64,000 nucleotides of DNA. It comes from a virus. This document shows positions 38,501-46,309 of the stretch, piece by piece (within the stretch, counting starts at the first letter, position 1; each line of letters starts with the position of its first letter). Under the pieces are notes generated by a model that was given only the letters and a program-made list of their open reading frames with translations, was not told the origin of the DNA and ran no database searches. A program made the position numbers and the translations under genes. The stretch lies in IMG/VR virus record IMGVR_UViG_3300042482_000285, one strand, 5' to 3'.

Positions 38501-41141
38501 GTCTACATACATAGACAAGAATGGTGATATTAAACTGGTTAAATACCAAGGGTCTGAAGAAAGTACAAAAGAGTTCTTTGGTAAGGTGTTTGATGCTGCA
38601 CTTGACAAGCAGAAGGTGAACAAAGCTGAACTTCTTGAAGCTGTGCAAATTCTTTCCCTTGGACTAGAGGATTCAAATAACTTATTAGACAAATACGCAA
38701 ACCTTCTTGATGTTCTTCTAGAGGATGTGAAAGACTCCTCAGAGTTTGAGAACAAGGTGATGCAAGAACTTGAAAGACTGGGAGACGCTAACTTACAAGC
38801 TAAGTTGAAAAACAGGTTTGTAAATGATATGTACAAGCGCTCTTTAGAGAACGAGTATTACAATGCTCTTGAGGAAATGATCACCCTCCCTGAAAACTTT
38901 AGTCGTCTAATTGCTCCTGTAAACGATGCTGGTCTTTCTGATCTAGCTACAGAGCTTGATACTCTTAGAAAAGAAGATGAAACCACCATACCAGGTAGAT
39001 TGCTCAACCGCAACTACATGACTCCTCTTAGAAATGCATTTGTCACTGCTAAGAAGTGGGTGGGTATTTCTGCTGTAAACATTACAGGTCAGTCTCTTAC
39101 ACAGAAGGCTGAGGTGTATGTTGACCCTGCTAGAATTGAAGGATTGCCTGATTTTGACAAGAAGATACTTGGAGATGGTAAGGTGCTGCTTCCTCACAAC
39201 AAGGTGGTTGTTGATGGTAATGAGTACATATCTATCTCTGGTAAGATGACTGAAGATGGTACACAGTACATATCTGATAGGCTCTCTGGATATGCCACAT
39301 CATTTGTGGATGTAGCCAAAGATCCTTACATCATGAAGATCATTGGTTCTAATTCTGTTGTAGGCACATTCATGTTCCTTGAGAGAATAGGCGTTGGTGA
39401 AAACACCATATGGTTCCTTAACCAACCTATCATCAGAGAATACCTAAGCTACCTAGATAGCATTGGTAAGAAAGGATTGTTTGGTAAAAAGGATGGTGAA
39501 TACATCAGAAGCATGTTCCCAACATCTGTAAAAGATGCAACATTTGATCCTAGTACACTAAAAGAGAACATCAGCAAGTATTACGATAAGCAGTTCAATA
39601 ATGAGGACAATGCTACTCAACAAGCAATATTCACTGAGTTCCTGAAGTATGCTAAAATGGCTGAGTATAGCTTTAAGCTTACACAGGCTTCCAACTATGA
39701 CACTACTAAATTTAGGAGTGGTGATGAGTTTAGTAGGAAACAAACCAGAACAGCAACAGCTAGAGACAAAAACATTTTCTCATCTGTAGATAAGGTGTTA
39801 GACTCTTCCTTTATAGGAAACCAGGCTAAGTTTATTGACAGCGCTATGTCATCCTTGGGAGAGATTATCAAAACTGAGAAGGATGACTTTACTATCATCA
39901 CAAACGATGTTATTAAACCATTCCTAGAGAACGAGTTCCTTAGTGCAGAAGACTTTAACAAGGTGGCTAGCAAAGCTAAGACATCGTTCATTGACTATAT
40001 TGTGCAGACACAGAGTTCTTTGAACACAGAGATAGAAGCTCTTGTTGTGTCAAACAGTTCTGTAGCAGACCAATTGGCTCAAGCTAAGAAAAGACGTCCT
40101 GAGATGAAACTTCTTAATGAGCTACAGGTGGTAAGTTCTGATAGAACTGGAGGAGCTAAAAGCATAAGGCTTAGAGCTAATCTGAAGGATGCTTTTGATA
40201 CAGACATGTATACAGACATGATGAGAGAGTTGAAACTGGTAGAACCAGAGTTGTACAACGGTCTTGTTAAACTGTCTCTGCTTCAGGGTACATATCAAAC
40301 AGCTATATCTATTAGAAATATTATACCTGTAGAGGATTTGTCTCCAATGATTAAACCTGTAATTGATTCTCTCACATCTACAGAAGAGGTGAAGAACTTT
40401 ACCAAAGGAGCGTTCTACAGAAATAACTGGAAGGACAATACAATTGTACCTTTTGCACAGCCTAAATTCTTTGCAGCTTCTGAAACACCTTTAGGAGAAG
40501 ATCCTTCTGGTAATGAGATATATCAATACTATTCACCTCTGTTTCCTAACATAGAATACTTTGGTATACAATCTTCAGATCGTAAAGTGTTGTTACTCAG
40601 TGAGATATACAATTCTGCTGAAGTGAAGTATGACTTTGTAAAGGTACCTCGTGTTGTAACGGACAAGAAAACTGGTGAGATGATTGACATGGTAACTGGT
40701 CAAACTGTAACCCGTGCAATGTTTGCTAGACAAAAAGCCCAAGGTGATTTGTCTCTGAAGGATGTGTTTGGTTATCAAAAGGTGAAATACGCTAACGGTG
40801 AACCTCTTGTAACATTTAAAGGTGACCATGTATACAAACTGGTAAACCTGTATGGTGATGGTCAGCTTGTTTCTGAATACTATCTAGAGAGCAAACCTTC
40901 TGTTCTGAACAACGGCACTATAAAAGTGGATAACGAAATTCCTGATGCTGAATTGATAAAGTTCTTTGGCGCTGAGGAAGTTGTTGTACCTTTACAAGAT
41001 ACTAAGGTGACTACACCATCTGGGAACTTAAAGCTGAAAGATGGTAACGAATATCCAATATCAGATATAAACGCACAACTATTGGAGAAGATTGGGTATA
41101 CACCTAAAGAAATTGGTAAACTTTTAAAAGCAATCTGTTAA
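29529..41141 (+). CDS. Giant (3870 aa) multidomain virion protein containing a two-barrel RNA-polymerase-like catalytic motif (candidate virion RNAP)
   Basis: AGSDFDIDKMNTYL (D2980-F-D-I-D at nt 38466-38480) matches the universal DPBB catalytic loop NADFDGD(E/Q)MN of beta-prime/Rpb1. The size and location among structural genes match the RNAP-containing giant proteins of crAss-like phages. Confidence 0.6.
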   Translation: MPELPINLSGTPTYKRAAGASPDNLSVANREYNPLNDTSLNYVTPKKSGYDASSITMAEAAADRTGRYKTVMYGYDNEEAAAQRQSILDKGANGILKGVNLTATTIAGGFGMLYGAARAPFSGRLADIWDNSVMRGLDEWNKEVDDKILPNYYTKAERDSAWYSPDNWFTANFLFDKLIKNSGYAVGAMLSGNIANAGLLRAGAALGRVASAGAVAAESSQAFKIFSPLLRNTSRAFSAGKNIEAAAVLEKQLSSIADVTARSSELAKIAKTTGTFAEFGNSARRTAIAAYSSAGEASFEALQTGNQFRDSLIQEYVDKYGEQPAGDVLEEINKRADQVGKTSFFGNLALLGATEYVQLPYLLGSSYRNTRQAAGVFAGKVDDVLTKTPSTKLGKVYEKATSVGRYVFDPKEAGQEVGQYALQVGTQNYFSKAAESDDADVWVDGFLYGFVGKDEEGKGEGALVSKEGMESFLLGGLTGGPLQARAKAQEKRAKTENTQRFLDQIGRAPSFKEAFQDRMSSVNRGVVLQQQHEAAIVTGNELEARDLKTDMMHNYLAPRIKYGRFDMVMEDISELREMSSSETNLAELKAQGIANVNDTVDSFQKRLNNYERVAKNTNEIYNGLYIRYSGERLEDGNPKYSPYVLDKMAYAASKIADYDLRIPQLNNILTEKSIIVGNLLDDVLKGKRPSRQATAEILNNINDLSTTSDVKDGLKTALQDIISLGERRRIFMDEYEDIKQNPLNYETDPEFNIGDKVEIPVSVGEPEKKVEIGKEYSLDKSMMKEGSALYMAPKLTVLSQTLGGELEVKMPGGKIKFIAPEDLKGYNLSEEDNTSKELADIMDESIDAVLKKEEYKDLPEMKDGDSKLGYINSLADQALTDDVEAEFNRRTEEFVKRKEEERKQQEELIKNRAALEKQQTELEAKSGTIATPPPPTPEELQTLAATQGKLKSAFKLFISGTTPTERADEPVHIRNSREFLNNVKNFKNKGNLAAILVTPNQEAALGLSGLTALSYGTEDSSDATNVETGLVAQVFVEQENGKTYFVNKNGERIGEIGKPVDIQQVIFQTMPTPSLYDRSGKPRFRADEMADAEAASKGWAAKRVEIFESPAFPVKAYRFSISRGIPVLNVVDGRYERNQIGDILIPESKIATQEGLLQVVTQGSVVHNGENIKFNNGLTVLQYGDTLQIVNNNRLGDKKANAVYLAIKTMMDEFQQTKKLNPNLASYIQNVLFWRKTATTSGNQIFINTSSGEVSLGGKNYTPADLVNKKDEIVDMLKEAFHSINNSTLRDRFYEPFYEYSVENDKLVEQEWPNYQSYLLSKKGRSADQTPLVTSVAKPTEAIPYSYKQKYATLIDFELPMIQAPAPAAATKEAVAEGKATLGDFVMDGETKNTFTGFKTGPIDFTGTIDDKGDISVDVLSNDTIINAAKNGKLVNETVVPALKEANQFDASADDIELVTMFVAGKLAIELKALQPVAEVKEAAPVSTDAKADINRIVDAFNPEDNFKSPVDAWSVVIEDDKGNLVKPEIIVEIKGIDYTKKELLDIEDPENPAVEETLNEIDRLQKLLEAELAALEGAKPAEGTYNPEGTGAPQDDYMRVGVKEAGAEMLTGAQIELFKIWAAEKVPGIPYEVLDNIVNTYDNQKAWGVFENNVAKFYKGAPGTTPYHEVFEGIWKGFLTPEQRQLILDEFKSKTGQFTDRASGKKINYADATDQQAKERIADDFGAFRVGRLPARSLGERVLRFFKDIIEFFKSFVQKPSMKEELFKAIEAGKFKDAILPASIAASTPEYMRIPGLTETQAYEFVQDMTARVANYIFGDSKKSLYDIKKITGKEIFDKIKEAYASKAENKYEKLGEERFNQLVIRTKEKLRTLGINFNDEDTVDINDENVSNRDYAPEPFSTDWKKTSPFPVKLVAATLPEVKPTNQQTESSLKLPERQTSSVLGLKLASFGRVFNTLLDKVSNTTNVNLVKNKLVDLAKSDGTFVRFFQRIGGDLNNMDFKLSSREDWRLFINFYQTFTKQKPNADIQYFDGNSVYTAPANQFTASKLLQSEWFENMKALADDPSSIIKRKKQNFEVDKSKLPGAVPKQPEAMVNFLADLGVSFPLSAYTSLNRNQKDDFGKAVGGIYTYIQKNTEVGTVTGKTLGINPQLSDLANLYIKVTNPSQDTTYFGVENQRIQSYAENNVPSVMENEFNSVETVEELKQLRPELNDVFSTNSITLKDGGNFYNLEGQRYKTIKVGYIQGRKTVDTDKGVTTSKLTLGDRFTQEINENLNGDYYILVPADGSTEWKINLGNHMSFVDIAGGRAWNKIYSIFKGYLQDEVALALDYENREKLKNVGDKAKQLRFFKEILKEKNVTAIEKMIANGSTQDQINEYIDKNIDDINAAVADFINNTVEETTTLLINNNQISQVKEGQYSYPGLQDKFATANDINKFNMSEQDVKNLLTFVNANYVINNIELHKFIFGDPYEFAIKNGKLDETKRIKSFLSPRRITFDSPEYNSFLNDDYNTASGVKLTPNDPGYHLHKSYTNTITLADINLSSELYPKINEADAASFIMDTTYREVKLKNGQWIDEISEPWHQWQMAYTRNKLAAKGEYTYTSDRLQKADAELISKPEPAFVTEVLKPIVSGVKAAETKIDNVLDKFSQMPLYYKDVEGRNLEKLYIKMWKENIGYAVFESGRKLGATELYSLYNSNGDINDKPFTKEQIVKVPWKAYGIQVENAYENPKDQTRGSQLTKLSSLDLFSDGKGTEQAKKAYERNLKALNALHEDGYKTLLDKLGIEDLGDGFRLVDPAAVQETLEYELLRREMAENAKDTIKRDENGQFIIPFEASPAYKQIKDILFSIVNKSLVSPKMNGAPKVQVPVTGWEKQNRKSGKPNPELKFYTKEDPYMEVLLPHWFRGKFNKKKFPNDEAILKYLNTSPEGKSILSGVGFRIPTQSMSSIEVFRVKGFLPQSMGDTIVVPSEVTAKAGSDFDIDKMNTYLKSTYIDKNGDIKLVKYQGSEESTKEFFGKVFDAALDKQKVNKAELLEAVQILSLGLEDSNNLLDKYANLLDVLLEDVKDSSEFENKVMQELERLGDANLQAKLKNRFVNDMYKRSLENEYYNALEEMITLPENFSRLIAPVNDAGLSDLATELDTLRKEDETTIPGRLLNRNYMTPLRNAFVTAKKWVGISAVNITGQSLTQKAEVYVDPARIEGLPDFDKKILGDGKVLLPHNKVVVDGNEYISISGKMTEDGTQYISDRLSGYATSFVDVAKDPYIMKIIGSNSVVGTFMFLERIGVGENTIWFLNQPIIREYLSYLDSIGKKGLFGKKDGEYIRSMFPTSVKDATFDPSTLKENISKYYDKQFNNEDNATQQAIFTEFLKYAKMAEYSFKLTQASNYDTTKFRSGDEFSRKQTRTATARDKNIFSSVDKVLDSSFIGNQAKFIDSAMSSLGEIIKTEKDDFTIITNDVIKPFLENEFLSAEDFNKVASKAKTSFIDYIVQTQSSLNTEIEALVVSNSSVADQLAQAKKRRPEMKLLNELQVVSSDRTGGAKSIRLRANLKDAFDTDMYTDMMRELKLVEPELYNGLVKLSLLQGTYQTAISIRNIIPVEDLSPMIKPVIDSLTSTEEVKNFTKGAFYRNNWKDNTIVPFAQPKFFAASETPLGEDPSGNEIYQYYSPLFPNIEYFGIQSSDRKVLLLSEIYNSAEVKYDFVKVPRVVTDKKTGEMIDMVTGQTVTRAMFARQKAQGDLSLKDVFGYQKVKYANGEPLVTFKGDHVYKLVNLYGDGQLVSEYYLESKPSVLNNGTIKVDNEIPDAELIKFFGAEEVVVPLQDTKVTTPSGNLKLKDGNEYPISDINAQLLEKIGYTPKEIGKLLKAIC

Positions 41142-44100
41142 TGGCAACCTGTCCAAATACAAATCTTGACTCTTGGAAAGAACTAGTGGCTTCTAAAGGA
41201 GAGGATCTTGCCTACTATCTGTGGGACAAGTATGATGGTAATATTCCTGAGGATGCAACTGTGCCCACTCCTGATTCTCCTGTAGCATCTCCTAAGACCA
41301 TTGCGTTGATCAAAGACTTCATCAAGCGCATTGGTGTGGACATTAAGGTGTTGAAACAGATTGAGGTGAATGGTGTGAAGTATGATGACAAGGGTGCTGC
41401 ACTTGTGATGCAGAAACTAATACAAGTGGTTGAAGGTAAAGAGGCTGAAGCTCTTCCTGAGGAAGCAATGCACTTTGCTGTGTCAATTATCAAACAGACC
41501 AACCCAGCATTATACAAGAAACTACTAGGTGAAATTAACAACTATCGCATTCTAAAGGATGTATTTGCTACATATAGCAAAGATCCAAACTACCAAATAG
41601 ATGGTAAACCTGATGTTGTCAAACTGAAGGAAGAAGCTATTGCTAAGGTGTTGACACAGGTAGTTATAGATAAGAACGAGGGTAACACTGAAACCCTTCA
41701 GAAGATAGCTAATGTAGAAAGCTGGTGGCAACAGATTATAAGAGCCATCAAGAATCTATTTGCTAAAAGTGGATTTGACCAACTCGCTATAGACATCATG
41801 TCTGGTAATGAGATTGGTACAGCTGAGGATATCAGAGAGGAGCAAGACGCTATATTTTTCTCAAAGAATCCTCAAGAATCTATATTCGATAGGATTAGAG
41901 AGGTGTCTGGAAGAATTGAGAAGAAGGAGGATGGTTATTACATTGATGGTAAGAAGATAAACAGAAGGGTTACAGACATTGTAAAAGATTGGTATTCTAG
42001 AAGGTTTAACGATAAAGATCTTACCAAAAGTGAATATGCTAAAGCTGTAGATGATTTAAAGCGTGAGAAGGGTACAGCTGGACACGCTGATATAGAGAAC
42101 ATGTTCAAGGTGTTTGTAGATGAGAACGGTTACCTAAGAGAAACTCCTTTGGATGACTCTACGTATGTATCTCAGCTCAACCCATCTAATAGAGACATGT
42201 ACAACTCTCTAAAGGAAAATATGGAAGCTAGACTTAAGTCTTTCCCTCAGGGTACAAGATTTATGTCTGAGATAACTGTGTACGATGCTAAACGTGGACT
42301 GGCTGGTACAATAGACTTCCTTGCAGTGACACCAACAGGTGAGACTAGCATATTAGACTGGAAGTTCATGGATCTGAATGTAAACAAGTATACAGACATT
42401 CCTTGGTATAAGGTGAATGCTTGGAGACAGCAGATGGAGCAATATAAACTCATCCTACAAAATGTCTATGGTGTTAAACCTCAGGACTTCAGACAAACCA
42501 GGATGATTCCTATACAGGCTGTGTATTCACAGGGTAATGCCAAAATTAACATTCTACCTCAGTTGCTTAGCGTTAAGATAGGAGATGTGAATGTTAAGAA
42601 CATTGCAGATGACTACTTGCTTCCTGTAGGACTGGAAGGTGAAAAGACTGGTAATAAAAAGATTGATGCATTGATTGAGAAACTCAATGCTGTATATAAG
42701 AAGTTCTCTGAGAAGAAAGTGCTTCCTTCAGAGAAGTTAAGTAAGGCTGAGCAACTTAATGAGCTGTTTACAGCTATCAGGCAGTTGCAAATTAAGGGCA
42801 ACCTTAAACCTTTGCTTAGACAGGCTAAGATATTGAACAAGCAAATCCAGAAAACTATAGAAACTTACAACAGTAAGTTTGCTGGTCAAGATCCTTCACA
42901 GTTTAGCCAGAAAGAAATAAACAGTTTTGCTGAGGAATTACAGACAGCTCAGGATGCTATCAACACTTACGTTAATCTCGACACAGACCTTAGAGGTCTA
43001 TTTGTAGGAGAATTATCTGAGGAAGATAGAAAACTTAAGGATGATTTAAGAGATGCTGCTGATGATGCCAGAGATATACAATCAACTTTGAATGACATCC
43101 TTAATGATTACACTTCTGAGATTATTGCTAAGAGTGAAGGGGTGGATAGTTTACTGTCTCCTGAAAAGATTGTAAAGGGTATTACAAAACTGTTTGCATC
43201 TACAGCCACCATACAGCTAAAAGCTATGGAAGTGTTGTACAAGAAAGCAAATAAAGCGTTTGCTCTTGCAGGTTATGATACACTAACAGAAAGCAAAAAG
43301 CTACAATCTCTGAAAGAGGCCTATGATAAATGGGCTGCTTCAAAAGGACTTTCACAGAAAGACTACTTTAACATTATTAAGAAGAAGAAGAGTAACGAAC
43401 TGATTGATGAATTCAATCCTGAGTTCTATTCCACCCTTAAGAAGAACATAGAAGAGAAAGATTCTCAGTGGGTTAGGGACAACATCAATGTGTCTGAGTA
43501 CAATGAGTTCTTAAAGAAAAAGTTAGAAGAGGAGTTTGAGAGAATAGAGAACAAGCACAGAGTGGGTACAGAAGTGGAAATTAATTCTGAAATCACTCGT
43601 GAGAAGAATCAGGCAAAGTTGCTCTACAATACATCCACTACAGAAAGTGCTGGATGGTTGCTATACGACTTTGTGAAACTGTTCCCTAAACGTGAGACCT
43701 GGGAGTCTAAAGAATGGAAAGAGCTTAATAATCCTGCCAATAAACCTGCTCTAGATTTCTACAACTACATCAAAGAGAGAAACGAAATCTACCGTGAGTT
43801 GGGATATATAGGAAGAGCTGAGGCTCGTACATTCCTTCCATTTGTAAGAAAGAGTCTTGTAGAGAAACTTATTACAGGAGGGAACGTAAGACTTGGCGAA
43901 CAGTTCTTTAGAGATATATCAATCGATGAGGGTGATATAGGATATGGAAAGATTGATCCTCTAACAGGTAAACCTATAGATGCGCTTCCTAAGTATTTCA
44001 CAAAAGAAGTGGAAGGGGAAGTGAGTGATGACTTGTTTAGAACTATGGCTATGTACAATGAGTCTGCCATCAGATACCAATATCTCAGTGAGATTGAGGA

Positions 44101-45829
44101 TCAGGTGAGAGCACTTGTAGCTGTAGAAAGAAATAAAAAGGCAATCGCTACATCTGTATTTGGTAGAACTGAATATAAAGATGGCGTTCTTCAATACACC
44201 CCAGACAACAACGAGAACACAAAGCTTGTTGAAGACATGATGAAATCCATCATCTATGGTCAGAAGTTTGTACAGAGTGAAACCTTTGACCAGCTTCTAG
44301 GTAACCTTGGTAAATGGGGTGAAACATTGAACACTAAACTAGGTATGAAGGTGTTCCCAGAAAACCTAGACGGTAGACAACTGAGTGTTAATAAGATAAT
44401 CAATCAGCTTAACAACACCTTCCAGATCACTACATTAGGATTGAACGTACTGTCTGCAACCTCCAACTTCTTTGGTGGTAATGCTCAGTCTGTAATCAAT
44501 TCTGGTAAGTATTTTACCAAGACAGACTATCTATCTTCTGAGGCAATGCTGTTTGTTAACAAGTTTGCTAACGTTGATGATCAAAAGAAACTGATTGGTG
44601 CTCTTGAATACTTCCTTCCTCTGACAGAAAACTACAACAGGGATGTGGCTAACAGCCTATCTCTCAATAAGTTAAACCAACAGAACCTACAGGACTTCTT
44701 GATGGTGCTCATGAGGAAGTCTGACTGGGCTGTACAGACAGCTAACTTCTACTCCTTCCTCAAGAACACAATTGTACAAGATGGAGAGGTGGTGAATGCA
44801 AGAGAATTCTTGAGATCTCAACCTAAGTATGCAGAGAAATATGCTGGTACAGTGGAAGATAGGAAAGCTTTTGAACAAGAGTTTGAGGCTGAAGTGAAGA
44901 GTCTTGTAGAAGAGAAGGGTATACTAAAGGTTGCACAAATCGTTGATAATGAATTTGTTATACCTGGTGTAGAAAGAAAATCCGACAGTGTTGTTAGGCT
45001 CAGAAGGAACGTACAACAACTTACAAAGGATGCTCTTGGTAACCTGTCTGAGGATGATTTGAGAAAGATCAACCTCACTATATACGGTAAGTCATTCATG
45101 ATATTCAAGAACTGGATCCCTCGTCTGGTAGATGTACGTATGGGTAACCTTAAGTATAATAATGCTTCAGATGCCTATGAGTGGGGAAGGATGAGAATGG
45201 TGTTCCGCATGTTGTCAGAAGACCTGATAGGAAGCCTTAATAATCTGTACGGCTCCCTTGTAGCTAATCAGAAGGGTGTTGATTTCATGAGAGAGCTATT
45301 TGAAAAGAAAAGAGCTGATTATGAAAAGGATACAGGCAAAACTCTAGATATGACAGAGGCTGAGTTCATGGACCTGGTGAGAAATAACCTCAGAAGTCAA
45401 ATGTACGATGTTATATTCCTAACAACTATGTTCATCCTCGTAGCTTCTCTCAAGGCAAACATGCCTGATGATGAAGAGGATGCAGCTACTAAGGCTAGAT
45501 ATAGATTTATGGTGAAGGCTGCTGATAAGTTTAAGGATGAATTGGCATACTTCTATGACCCCACTAGCTTCCAAAACCTCGTATCTAGTGGCATATTCCC
45601 ATCCTTAGGACTTGTAGACAACTTTAAAAAGGGCACCGTGAACTTCTTTAAAGAAAACTGGGCTCTTGCTACAGGGGATGATGAAGCTGTTGAAGAAATC
45701 AAGGTTATTAAATACTGGCTGAAGACATTCCCATTCACAAATCAGATGGCTGGATATCTCCCAATGTTCTATCCTGAACTAGCTAAAGACCTTGGTTTGA
45801 GAGTTCAATCTAACTACGGAATTAGATAG
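41141..45829 (+). CDS. Large virion protein (1562 aa); cargo/ejection protein candidate
   Basis: TAATG stop/start overlap with the giant gene. Acidic/basic coiled-coil-rich sequence; no motif recognised. Confidence 0.55.
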   Translation: MATCPNTNLDSWKELVASKGEDLAYYLWDKYDGNIPEDATVPTPDSPVASPKTIALIKDFIKRIGVDIKVLKQIEVNGVKYDDKGAALVMQKLIQVVEGKEAEALPEEAMHFAVSIIKQTNPALYKKLLGEINNYRILKDVFATYSKDPNYQIDGKPDVVKLKEEAIAKVLTQVVIDKNEGNTETLQKIANVESWWQQIIRAIKNLFAKSGFDQLAIDIMSGNEIGTAEDIREEQDAIFFSKNPQESIFDRIREVSGRIEKKEDGYYIDGKKINRRVTDIVKDWYSRRFNDKDLTKSEYAKAVDDLKREKGTAGHADIENMFKVFVDENGYLRETPLDDSTYVSQLNPSNRDMYNSLKENMEARLKSFPQGTRFMSEITVYDAKRGLAGTIDFLAVTPTGETSILDWKFMDLNVNKYTDIPWYKVNAWRQQMEQYKLILQNVYGVKPQDFRQTRMIPIQAVYSQGNAKINILPQLLSVKIGDVNVKNIADDYLLPVGLEGEKTGNKKIDALIEKLNAVYKKFSEKKVLPSEKLSKAEQLNELFTAIRQLQIKGNLKPLLRQAKILNKQIQKTIETYNSKFAGQDPSQFSQKEINSFAEELQTAQDAINTYVNLDTDLRGLFVGELSEEDRKLKDDLRDAADDARDIQSTLNDILNDYTSEIIAKSEGVDSLLSPEKIVKGITKLFASTATIQLKAMEVLYKKANKAFALAGYDTLTESKKLQSLKEAYDKWAASKGLSQKDYFNIIKKKKSNELIDEFNPEFYSTLKKNIEEKDSQWVRDNINVSEYNEFLKKKLEEEFERIENKHRVGTEVEINSEITREKNQAKLLYNTSTTESAGWLLYDFVKLFPKRETWESKEWKELNNPANKPALDFYNYIKERNEIYRELGYIGRAEARTFLPFVRKSLVEKLITGGNVRLGEQFFRDISIDEGDIGYGKIDPLTGKPIDALPKYFTKEVEGEVSDDLFRTMAMYNESAIRYQYLSEIEDQVRALVAVERNKKAIATSVFGRTEYKDGVLQYTPDNNENTKLVEDMMKSIIYGQKFVQSETFDQLLGNLGKWGETLNTKLGMKVFPENLDGRQLSVNKIINQLNNTFQITTLGLNVLSATSNFFGGNAQSVINSGKYFTKTDYLSSEAMLFVNKFANVDDQKKLIGALEYFLPLTENYNRDVANSLSLNKLNQQNLQDFLMVLMRKSDWAVQTANFYSFLKNTIVQDGEVVNAREFLRSQPKYAEKYAGTVEDRKAFEQEFEAEVKSLVEEKGILKVAQIVDNEFVIPGVERKSDSVVRLRRNVQQLTKDALGNLSEDDLRKINLTIYGKSFMIFKNWIPRLVDVRMGNLKYNNASDAYEWGRMRMVFRMLSEDLIGSLNNLYGSLVANQKGVDFMRELFEKKRADYEKDTGKTLDMTEAEFMDLVRNNLRSQMYDVIFLTTMFILVASLKANMPDDEEDAATKARYRFMVKAADKFKDELAYFYDPTSFQNLVSSGIFPSLGLVDNFKKGTVNFFKENWALATGDDEAVEEIKVIKYWLKTFPFTNQMAGYLPMFYPELAKDLGLRVQSNYGIR

Positions 45830-45869
45830 TACATAACGCTATATTATATCACTTATTTTCTCATAACTC

Positions 45870-45900
45870 ATTGAAAATACATTACTAACAACTAATTTTG
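45870..45900 (+). promoter_or_regulatory. Candidate promoter box TAATTTTG (TAnnTTTG)
   Basis: TAATTTTG at 45893-45900 with ATTG ending at 45873 (19-nt spacing). It lies 5 nt before the ATG at 45906, implying a near-leaderless transcript. Confidence 0.3.
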
Positions 45901-45905
45901 CTAAT

Positions 45906-46301
45906 ATGCGTACCGCTGCAATTTGCCCAACATGTGCTGTTTTTGAGAATGCTTTGTGCATCCTCTATAACGGTGAATATTTGCCCAATATTGACGTAAA
46001 CCCCCTAGACTCTCTAGAGGTGGCATTGGAAAAGATAAATGACAATCTAGTTCCTGTAACAGGATCTGGTGCTCCTACAGCTGGAGCCATCTATCTTGGA
46101 CAACTTTACGTGAGAACTTCTGTATCTCCAAACCTGTATTTTGCTAAGTCAGTGGGTACAGGTGCCTTGGATTGGAGGATTCTTCTTTCTATTCCTTACA
46201 CAGGAGCCCCTGAGTATGCTGACAATGCAGCTGCTATTGCTGGTGGTTTAACAAATGGTCAAGTTTACCGTACAGGTGACGTGTTGAAAATCGTACATTA
46301 A
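45906..46301 (+). CDS. Small fibre-associated protein (131 aa) sharing the N-terminal Cys/ALEKI adapter motif
   Basis: CPTCAVFENALCILYNGEYLPNIDVNPLDSLEVALEKINDNL parallels residues ~113-160 of the giant fibre (CPITLNATCVFYEGPNLIYTKINTNDNLQTALEKIEAAI). Confidence 0.5.
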   Translation: MRTAAICPTCAVFENALCILYNGEYLPNIDVNPLDSLEVALEKINDNLVPVTGSGAPTAGAIYLGQLYVRTSVSPNLYFAKSVGTGALDWRILLSIPYTGAPEYADNAAAIAGGLTNGQVYRTGDVLKIVH

Positions 46302-46309
46302 TCTAAGAC

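Noticed and set aside
29529-41141. Giant 3870-aa protein as a tape-measure protein
   Set aside because: No long-tail genes (tube, sheath, tail terminator) are visible and the protein contains a DFDxDxMN RNAP catalytic loop. A virion RNAP or ejection protein of a short-tailed crAss-like phage is the better fit.
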